Shown: positions 56,928 to 64,000 of the stretch, piece by piece | Layout: the number at the start of each line of letters is the position of its first letter | Numbering within the stretch: the stretch's first letter is position 1 | Assembly (NCBI GenBank): GCA_038065475.1 | Contig: JBBTQY010000010.1 | Location: 3,531-67,530 of the forward strand | DNA: 64,000 nucleotides | DNA from: Patescibacteria group bacterium | Lineage (GTDB): Bacteria; Patescibacteriota; Minisyncoccia; Ryanbacterales; GWA2-47-10b | Direction: 5' to 3' | Notes under the pieces: generated by a model | Seen by the model: only the letters and a program-made list of their open reading frames with translations | What the model was told of the DNA's origin: nothing | Database searches by the model: none | Program-made: the position numbers and the translations under genes

Positions 56928-59900
56928 ATGAAAAAATATCTTTTAGCATTCGCTGTCGTTGCTGCTTCCGGTTTTGTACTGGCGGGCGTCAACGCCGCGA
57001 CAAGTGGTTGTGGTGGCGCTTGCAGTATTGACGCAGGAGCCGACCGGACTATTACAAACAATACAGTCCAACTACAAGGGTCGGTAAATCCAGGTGCGCT
57101 TCTTAATGCGTCTGTATGGACGGTGGTAAGTGCCCCTGGTGGAGCAAATCCTACATTTAGTCCATCATCAGTCCAGGCGACAAATCCAACGGTCACATTC
57201 CCTTCGGCTGGGGCGTATGTTTTGCGTTTTTCTGCAGCGACGTTTAATTCAGGTGTTATAAGCGATGATGTACGTATCACGGTGCAAACTGCTGGCGGCG
57301 GATCTTCGCAGCGCAATTTTGGTGTAGGTGATGCTGTAGAGACGACAGATGTTGTCAAAGTTAGGTCTACGCCCGGAGGTGTATACATAGCCTCTCGTCC
57401 CAGTGGCGCTGTTGGCGAAATATTCGGCGGCCCGCAGCAGGCGACATACCAAGGAATATCGTATTGGTGGTGGAGCGTCGCGTTTCCTTCTATAACTGGT
57501 GCGACCAATCCATCAGGCTGGGTGGCTGAAGATTATCTGGTGCGACGCGGTGCTGCTGGAAATATACGAGTAAATGCCGGTCCCGATAAGGGTATCGCAT
57601 CACTTTCTACAGTTCTTGCGGGTACCGTTAATCCGCCAGGTACTCCGGTGACATGGAAGAAAAAAAGTGGTCCGGGAAATGTTGAGTTTCAAGATTCACA
57701 CAATCTAGCAACGCGAGTCACATTTTCCACACGCGGCGTCTATGTGCTCGGCCTTTGTGTATATGGTGACTATTGCAATGAAGTAACTATCAACGTAAGT
57801 ACGACAAGCCAGGTAAATTGTTCACAAGAACAATACCAGGCATATTTGGATAAATTCTGTCCCGTAGGATTTGATCCTCGTGATATAAATTGGGGCGGGG
57901 TAGGCGGAATCGGACTCAATGATTATGGTCCATATCATCCTTGCAATATCAAAAATCTACCCGTTGATGGTATCACCGCGGGTGGATGCCGTGGCGCATA
58001 TAGTTGGCCAGTCGGCGGAGAGCAAACAACATCAAATAGCCCTTCGTTTGGAAGCTATGATCAAAATGCATCAGATATTCCCGGCGCAATTCTTACTATG
58101 ATCGAGGCGGCAAATCCGAACTGGGTAAGAGCCCTGAAAGATAATGGCATTTCGTTCAACCCTCCGGCGCGCATGTCTTCGCGCTACATCGCAAATCATC
58201 TTGAAGACGGACCATACAAGTGGGTCGGCATTGATTCTACGGACAAAGGTTTTCTGCCACTTGAGTACGCAGATTCTTGGGTTGATCCTGCAGAATTAGC
58301 GACCGGTCCTGGCAATTTACCATCATGTTACGCGTCAGCAGGCCCTACAACTCAAATGTACGGATACGCTCAAGGGTGGTGGGGCCTTCCGGGCGGTGAT
58401 ATGAATCCCGACGGTTCCCGTCCAGGACGCAGGATCCCAGAGACAGGTAGGTGTGTGCCAGATTTTCGCGATTGGCGACTTGGCGATCCCATTCCGCAAT
58501 ATACGGGTGGGCCGCAGCCATTTAGCTATCTTGGATGCGGTGCAAATTGGGGGTCAAACTCAAGCGCTGACGAAGTAGATTGTGATACGCAAAAAATATA
58601 TGCGTGTACTGCAAATAAAACCAATGCTCTTGTCGGTGAGCAGGTGACGTTTACCGCTCCTGCCGGTGTCACTCCTATTGAGTGGAATGCGCCGTACTAT
58701 GCAAGTCCAGCTTCTCAAGTTGAAGGGCAGTCGTTTACGACTTCATTTTCACAAATTGGTAATCAAAGCGCTCGTTTCAAGCACGCGCTCAATGGTCAGG
58801 TTTTGCAGGACGGTTGTAGTGTAATCGTTTACGATCCAAATCCAGGAACTCTTCCGCCCCCACCTCCGCCACCATCTCCCGGTGCAGCATTGCAAGCCGG
58901 TGATCGTGTGGAGACGGCAGGAGATTATTATGTGCGTGTTGGTATTGGTGTCAGTAGCCAGCCTACAACTGGTCAGCCCAACCCTCAACCAGCAGGCATC
59001 AGAGGAACGCTTCTTCAAAAAAGTTCTGTCATAGCCAACGGTACATATTGGTGGAGGGTTGATTTTGATACGGGTCCCGATGGATGGACAGCACAAGCTG
59101 GGCTTAGAAAGGTTATCTCCAACAACACTCCACCCCCGCCCCCACCTCCGCCAACAGTCACACCTCCTCCACCTGCGACCGTTCCGCCACCTCCCCCTTC
59201 AACTACTCCGCCACCCACTGCTACGCCTCCGCCGCCAGCTCCAGCTTCTTGTTCGAATAATTGGAATTCGACAAATGGAGGTTACTATAAGAAACCAGGC
59301 ACTTCATGTCCGTGTCAGTACTTCACCGCAACTGGAGGACAGCCGATAGGGCCTGCAGCGCCAAGTAGCTGTTCACCTGTGACGCTTCCGCCGCCACCAC
59401 CTCCAGCTACTGGTTTGAATCTTTCCCCACAGCGTGCGGGTAGCCCACAGACAGGTCAGATTCTCCGAGTCCCTTATAGTACTACGCTCGTCAGTAATAG
59501 CTTTGTAGATGTTTATACCGGTACTGACTTTCCAGTAACCTCCGGTGAGGCGAGATTATCAAAACCACATAATGGCGGTACACTTCTTTGTCAGCCAAGT
59601 ACCTTTATGACGAGATATGGTATGTTGGTGGAGGCTTCGGGTGGAAATTCCACGGTCTTTAAACTTAATGGTCAATCCGAGTCTGATGGCCTTTTTGTCT
59701 GGTGGAGAGGACAAGACGGTTCTTACGACTGGCGTAGGATGACTCTTGATGAGTATCGAGCAGAGGATCGTTTTTATGATCTTCCTGGCTGGTACGGTGT
59801 ACCGTATGCACCAAACTGTATTGTGCAAGGTCTCTTTGGCACTATTACCAATCCGCCCCCGCCACCACCAACAGTTACGCCTCCTCCGCCTCCTGCTCCA

Positions 59901-60284
59901 TTGCCGCCTCCACCACCACCTGCTGAATTGAAATATGAAGTTGGTGCACGCGTACGTATCAAGCCTCACGCAACTCTCGGTGATATTACGGTCAACTACC
60001 GCAATGATCCGCTACCCGATGGTAAATGCGGTACCACCATAGGCGAGAAGGCTACCGGAGTTCTCGGTACCATTACGCAATCGATGGTTGAATGCGGTGC
60101 TGGTCGCTACTGGAAGGTCAGTTTTGACGGGGGGCAAGGAGAGGGTTGGGTCGTTCAAAATCGATTGCAGCCCATCAGCCCGTCGGCTCAAAATATTCAG
60201 CTTGACGCCCCCGCGATTGCAAATACCTTGCAGGGTCTTCGTCAATCAATAGAAAATTTGCAAAATATTCTCAACCAGCATTAA
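56928..60284 (+). CDS. large secreted surface protein with two PKD/Ig-like domains, three SH3b-like domains and polyproline linkers
   Basis: Signal peptide MKKYLLAFAVVAASGFVLAGVNAA; PPPPPPSP/PPPPPPPT linkers; W-rich SH3b-like units. Confidence 0.8.
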   Translation: MKKYLLAFAVVAASGFVLAGVNAATSGCGGACSIDAGADRTITNNTVQLQGSVNPGALLNASVWTVVSAPGGANPTFSPSSVQATNPTVTFPSAGAYVLRFSAATFNSGVISDDVRITVQTAGGGSSQRNFGVGDAVETTDVVKVRSTPGGVYIASRPSGAVGEIFGGPQQATYQGISYWWWSVAFPSITGATNPSGWVAEDYLVRRGAAGNIRVNAGPDKGIASLSTVLAGTVNPPGTPVTWKKKSGPGNVEFQDSHNLATRVTFSTRGVYVLGLCVYGDYCNEVTINVSTTSQVNCSQEQYQAYLDKFCPVGFDPRDINWGGVGGIGLNDYGPYHPCNIKNLPVDGITAGGCRGAYSWPVGGEQTTSNSPSFGSYDQNASDIPGAILTMIEAANPNWVRALKDNGISFNPPARMSSRYIANHLEDGPYKWVGIDSTDKGFLPLEYADSWVDPAELATGPGNLPSCYASAGPTTQMYGYAQGWWGLPGGDMNPDGSRPGRRIPETGRCVPDFRDWRLGDPIPQYTGGPQPFSYLGCGANWGSNSSADEVDCDTQKIYACTANKTNALVGEQVTFTAPAGVTPIEWNAPYYASPASQVEGQSFTTSFSQIGNQSARFKHALNGQVLQDGCSVIVYDPNPGTLPPPPPPPSPGAALQAGDRVETAGDYYVRVGIGVSSQPTTGQPNPQPAGIRGTLLQKSSVIANGTYWWRVDFDTGPDGWTAQAGLRKVISNNTPPPPPPPPTVTPPPPATVPPPPPSTTPPPTATPPPPAPASCSNNWNSTNGGYYKKPGTSCPCQYFTATGGQPIGPAAPSSCSPVTLPPPPPPATGLNLSPQRAGSPQTGQILRVPYSTTLVSNSFVDVYTGTDFPVTSGEARLSKPHNGGTLLCQPSTFMTRYGMLVEASGGNSTVFKLNGQSESDGLFVWWRGQDGSYDWRRMTLDEYRAEDRFYDLPGWYGVPYAPNCIVQGLFGTITNPPPPPPTVTPPPPPAPLPPPPPPAELKYEVGARVRIKPHATLGDITVNYRNDPLPDGKCGTTIGEKATGVLGTITQSMVECGAGRYWKVSFDGGQGEGWVVQNRLQPISPSAQNIQLDAPAIANTLQGLRQSIENLQNILNQH

Positions 60285-60421
60285 AGGTAAGCTGAAGGAT
60301 ATACAAAACTCCCGCCAGGTAGCGGGAGTTTTTGTCTCCGGTCTCTCTGGAAAATAAGGCTTATTTCTGCTACAATGAAGCACGTTCCTATTGCTGTCAG
60401 TCAACGCAAAAATCCCATACC

Positions 60422-61564
60422 ATGCATAAACAAATAACGATTCATGACCCGCTCGAGCTCGCCCTGCAGAAAGAATTGGAGGGCAGACAAGATATAAAGG
60501 CAGAGCGAATAAAACGAATGCTCAAGCTGCCTGATCTGACAAAAAAAGACTCGTCTCCCGTAAAAATTTTGTTTGATCAGATTATGAGCTTGCCTCGCTT
60601 TGAGGGTTTTGATGTGGTTGATTTCCCTAAAATCGTATCGGTAGAAAACAATTTTGATCTTCTCAATACGCCAAAAGACCATCCGAGCAGAGGGGAGACC
60701 GACACTTACTATATAAATGAAAAGCATCTTTTAAGAACTCAGATGACCGCTTTTTGGTCGTATTATTTGCGCGACAATGATGTTCTCAAAAGACTTGAGA
60801 TAGAGGGTCAGATCGCTGCATTGTCGCCGGGAATTGTTTTTAGAAAAGACGAGATTGATAGGCATCACTTTCCTGCCTTCCATCAGATTGATGGACTTCT
60901 GATTTGTAAAAAAGAAAAAAAAGTTATCACTCAGCAGGATTTGAAAGATGTACAGGTCGATCTCGCAAAGGGGATTTTCGGTGATCAGATCGAGTACAAA
61001 TTTCTCGATGACAATTTTCCGTATACCATCGAGAGCCTCGAGATGGATATTATGTTCAATGGTAATTGGCTTGAGGTCAATGGTGCGGGGCTCGTCAATC
61101 CCGTTGTATTGAAAAATTTTGGATTAGATCCTGAGATCTACAATGGCTGGGCTTTTGGTTTCGGCGACAGGCTTGCTATGATAAAGATGGAAATTCCTGA
61201 TATCAGGATTTTGTGGTCAGACGATCCGCGCATCACAAGTCAGTTCAAGGATATTAATAGTAAATACAAGGCAGTCAGCAAGTTTCCGCCTATTGCGCGT
61301 GATATATCATTTATTATTGATAAGCAGGTAAGTCTCAATAATTATTATGAAATTATACGAGACTTTGCGGAAAATTTGATCGAAGAAGTAGAGCTTATCG
61401 ATGAGTATGAAGATGCCGCAAAGTTCGGAGCTGATAAAAAATCATATACCTTTCGCATTGTGTACCGCTCACTCGAGCGAACACTCACGCACGACGAGGT
61501 CAGCGCGATACAAGACCAAATAATTAAAAAAACCCAAGACGTGTTAGGCGCCGTTATAAGATAG
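60422..61564 (+). CDS. pheS: single-chain phenylalanyl-tRNA synthetase: PheS catalytic core fused to an FDX-ACB anticodon-binding domain (mitochondrial-type architecture)
   Basis: Class II motifs (FDLLNTPKDHPSR; FPAFHQIDGL; GFGDRLAM) and a C-terminal KFPPIARDISF...SYTFRIVYRSLERTLT matching FDX-ACB. Confidence 0.75.
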   Translation: MHKQITIHDPLELALQKELEGRQDIKAERIKRMLKLPDLTKKDSSPVKILFDQIMSLPRFEGFDVVDFPKIVSVENNFDLLNTPKDHPSRGETDTYYINEKHLLRTQMTAFWSYYLRDNDVLKRLEIEGQIAALSPGIVFRKDEIDRHHFPAFHQIDGLLICKKEKKVITQQDLKDVQVDLAKGIFGDQIEYKFLDDNFPYTIESLEMDIMFNGNWLEVNGAGLVNPVVLKNFGLDPEIYNGWAFGFGDRLAMIKMEIPDIRILWSDDPRITSQFKDINSKYKAVSKFPPIARDISFIIDKQVSLNNYYEIIRDFAENLIEEVELIDEYEDAAKFGADKKSYTFRIVYRSLERTLTHDEVSAIQDQIIKKTQDVLGAVIR

Positions 61565-61577
61565 ATAGTAAAACTGT

Positions 61578-63623
61578 ATGGCAAAAAATAAAGAAGAAAA
61601 AAATAAAGATCAAAACGGCGACTATAGCGCCAAAGATATTTTTGTACTCGAAGGCTTAGAGCCGGTCCGCAAGCGTCCAGGCATGTATATTGGCTCGACT
61701 GGCGTTGATGGTCTACACCACCTTATTTGGGAGGTGGTTGATAACTCGATCGACGAGGCGATGGCAGGATTTGCCAAAAATATTTCTATTGTTTTGCTAC
61801 CCAAAAATCAGGTACGCGTGGTTGACGATGGTCGCGGTATTCCGGTAGACATCCACAAGCAGACCAAAAAATCAGCACTCGAAACGGTACTTACGACACT
61901 TCACGCGGGAGGTAAATTTGGCGGTGATGCGTATAAAGTCGCGGGTGGTTTACATGGTGTCGGTGTATCAGTAGTCAACGCGCTTTCCATCTGGCTCAAG
62001 GCCGAGGTGTGCAAGGAAGGATTTTTGTATACGCAAGAGTATGAGCGTGGCAAGCCAAAATATAATGTCAAAAAAGTAGGTAAGTGCGATGGGTCGGGCA
62101 CAGCAATTACCTTTGAGCCTGACGCAGAAATTTTTAAAGAAATTGAATATAATTGGGATAAAATCCTAGAGCATATTCGTCAGCAGGCATACCTCAATCA
62201 AGGCATCCACGTTCTCATTCGCGATGAACGCAAAAAGGGCGAAGAGAAGGCGCACGCCTTTTATTTTGAGGGTGGTATCAAGTCATATATCAAGCACATC
62301 AATCGCAGGTTCCAACCAAAGCATGAGGAGATTTTTTATGCTGCCAAAGAAGAAAATAGCGTGATGGTAGAGGCGGCGTTGCAATATGCTGATGATCTTT
62401 CAACTCGCGAGCTTGGGTTTGCCAACTGTATCTATACGCCTGAAGGCGGTATGCATATCACGGGTTTTCGTACGGCGCTCACACGCGTACTCAATGACTA
62501 CGGTAAGAAGAACAATTACTTTAACAAAGATGATGATAACCTGACGGGGGATGATGTGCGCGAAGGCATGACGGCGATTATTTCCGTCAAGATAAAAGAA
62601 ACACAATTTGAAGGTCAGACCAAAGCAAAGCTCGGCAACCCCGAGGCGCGAGGAGCAGTAGAAAAAGTATTTGGCGAGACATTTTCCGCATGGCTTGAAG
62701 AACATCCATCTGAGGCTCGCGTGATTTTAGACAAAGTTTTGCTCGCCGCAAAAGCGCGCCGTGCCGCTAAAGCCGCCAAAGAAACAATCCTGCGCAAGGG
62801 CGCGCTTGAGGGTATGACGTTGCCAGGTAAGCTCGCTGATTGCCAATCAAAAAATGCAGCAGATTCCGAGATATTTATTGTCGAGGGTGACTCGGCAGGT
62901 GGTTCGGCAAAACAGGCGCGTGACCGCAGAACGCAGGCGATCTTGCCGTTGCGAGGTAAGATTCTCAACGTTGAGCGCGCGCGTTTGGATAAGATGTTGG
63001 GATCCGAACAGATTAAAAATCTTGTTATCGCACTTGGTACTGCTATCGCTGACGAATTTGATATCGAGCGTTTGCGTTACCACAAAGTAGTGATCATGAC
63101 TGATGCTGACGTTGACGGTGCGCACATTCGCACGCTTTTACTTACGCTCTTTTATCGTTATTTCCGTCCGCTTATTGATGCGGGCTTCATCTATATTGCG
63201 CAACCCCCACTCTATCGCGTACAGCAGGGGCGTGATGTTCGCTATGCATATTCAGACGGCGAGAAAGATCGTATCGTCAAAGAGTTCCAAAAACTCAAGG
63301 CAGAAAAAGCAGGCAAAAATACTAAAGAAAAAGAAGAAGAGCCTGAAGAGATCGTCGAGGTAGAAACCGATGGCGAGATTCCTGAGGGCGAGACCAAGAT
63401 CAAGGGCATTACCATACAACGCTACAAGGGTTTGGGTGAGATGAACCCCGAGCAGCTTTGGGAGACTACCATGGATCCCGAGCGCCGCATGATGAAGCAG
63501 GTGACTATTGATGACGGCGAGGCGGCCGATGAAGTGTTTGATATCTTGATGGGTGACGAGGTAGTACCTCGCAAAAACTTCATCCAAACCCACGCCAAAT
63601 CCGTCAAAAACTTAGATGTATAG
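61578..63623 (+). CDS. gyrB: DNA gyrase subunit B
   Basis: GHKL ATPase, TOPRIM (EGDSAGG) and the PLRGKILNVE motif. Confidence 0.95.
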   Translation: MAKNKEEKNKDQNGDYSAKDIFVLEGLEPVRKRPGMYIGSTGVDGLHHLIWEVVDNSIDEAMAGFAKNISIVLLPKNQVRVVDDGRGIPVDIHKQTKKSALETVLTTLHAGGKFGGDAYKVAGGLHGVGVSVVNALSIWLKAEVCKEGFLYTQEYERGKPKYNVKKVGKCDGSGTAITFEPDAEIFKEIEYNWDKILEHIRQQAYLNQGIHVLIRDERKKGEEKAHAFYFEGGIKSYIKHINRRFQPKHEEIFYAAKEENSVMVEAALQYADDLSTRELGFANCIYTPEGGMHITGFRTALTRVLNDYGKKNNYFNKDDDNLTGDDVREGMTAIISVKIKETQFEGQTKAKLGNPEARGAVEKVFGETFSAWLEEHPSEARVILDKVLLAAKARRAAKAAKETILRKGALEGMTLPGKLADCQSKNAADSEIFIVEGDSAGGSAKQARDRRTQAILPLRGKILNVERARLDKMLGSEQIKNLVIALGTAIADEFDIERLRYHKVVIMTDADVDGAHIRTLLLTLFYRYFRPLIDAGFIYIAQPPLYRVQQGRDVRYAYSDGEKDRIVKEFQKLKAEKAGKNTKEKEEEPEEIVEVETDGEIPEGETKIKGITIQRYKGLGEMNPEQLWETTMDPERRMMKQVTIDDGEAADEVFDILMGDEVVPRKNFIQTHAKSVKNLDV

Positions 63624-63705
63624 CTCTGCTTTGAGCGCAAGTTTTACCCCTTGCGCTCTTTTGATTGGCGTGATATATTAGGCGTACAAATCGTTATCTG
63701 ATATG

Positions 63706-63725
63706 AAGGCCCCCGGGCCTTTTAA
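63706..63725. terminator. hairpin aggccc-ccg-gggcct flanked by tttt/aaaa
   Basis: Seen in sequence. Confidence 0.4.
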
Positions 63726-63740
63726 AAATCTCAAAATACT

Positions 63741-63926
63741 ATGTTTGCCCGATTTTCAAACTATATAAAGGAAACCCGCCAGGAGCTTCACAAGGTCAAC
63801 TGGCCTACCCGCGCACAAGCGATTCAGTCAACACTGATTGTTATTGGTGTCTCGATAGGCGTCGCTCTTTTTTTGGGAGCGTTTGATTATTTATTTGCAG
63901 CATTGTTGCGAACGATTCTTTTTTAA
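63741..63926 (+). CDS. secE: preprotein translocase subunit SecE
   Basis: 61 aa; KVNWPTR motif and one TM helix; precedes nusG. Confidence 0.75.
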   Translation: MFARFSNYIKETRQELHKVNWPTRAQAIQSTLIVIGVSIGVALFLGAFDYLFAALLRTILF

Positions 63927-63944
63927 TTTTTTAATGTAATTATT

Positions 63945-64000
63945 ATGCCAAAACAAACATCAGAATTTGGCAGGAACTGGTACGCGGTACACACGTATTC
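63945..64000 (+). CDS. nusG: transcription antiterminator NusG, 5' partial
   Basis: MPKQTSEFGRNWYAVHTY; the secE-nusG gene order is conserved. Confidence 0.6.
   Translation, partial: MPKQTSEFGRNWYAVHTY

Noticed and set aside
58850-59960. ccgcc/ccacc nucleotide repeats
   Set aside because: These are the coding sequence of the polyproline linkers in the surface protein, not a non-coding repeat array.
1-64000. CRISPR arrays, integrases and transposases
   Set aside because: No regularly spaced short repeats were found. No ORF showed tyrosine or serine recombinase or DDE transposase motifs. The islands therefore have no visible mobility gene in this window.

Overview
The window is about 50% GC and has short intergenic spacers. 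Eight tRNA genes are present, and seven of them lack an encoded CCA. The gene content points to a reduced-genome bacterium, possibly of the CPR/Patescibacteria type; that placement is inference, not demonstrated. The housekeeping core includes a partial GlyA, FolD, ParB, Rel, TopA, TruD, FtsH, RecG, a MutY-like glycosylase, LigA, GatCA, GyrB, SecE, a partial NusG and a single-chain PheRS.

The dominant feature is a pair of type IV filament loci flanked by competence genes. Locus 1 (27.0-38.7 kb) carries PilM/N/O, PilB, a CheY-like receiver, PilT, PilC, two major pilins, the prepilin peptidase PilD and four minor pilins, with DprA and ComF nearby. Locus 2 (46.8-55.7 kb) carries a second GspE/PilB ATPase, a histidine kinase and response regulator, a GspF-like platform, pseudopilins, a 624-aa pilin fused to a beta-propeller-like domain, a second PilM and a pilin, but no PilT or PilD.

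Five GC-rich islands (about 60-65% GC) are embedded in this backbone and encode mostly hypothetical proteins. The fourth contains a lone HisI-like gene, the fifth a lone PyrH-like gene. The third lies between MsrP-like and tRNA-Ser and carries two secreted paralogs.

Other items worth a second look:
- A cassette-like tandem arrangement between GT2 and RecG: 61-bp and 72-bp copies of the two gene tails bound a 1.9-kb cargo (an HExxH protein) and a 0.3-kb cargo (a small membrane protein), joined at a 7-bp microhomology.
- Partial 5' copies of tRNA genes lie about 110-150 bp upstream of the intact tRNA-Ile(UAU) and tRNA-Ser.
- A MprF-C (DUF2156)-like aminoacyl-tRNA-dependent transferase sits next to the tRNAs and a processive GT2.
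- A 1118-aa surface protein combines PKD-like domains, three SH3b-like domains and polyproline linkers.

No CRISPR array, integrase or transposase was recognised.
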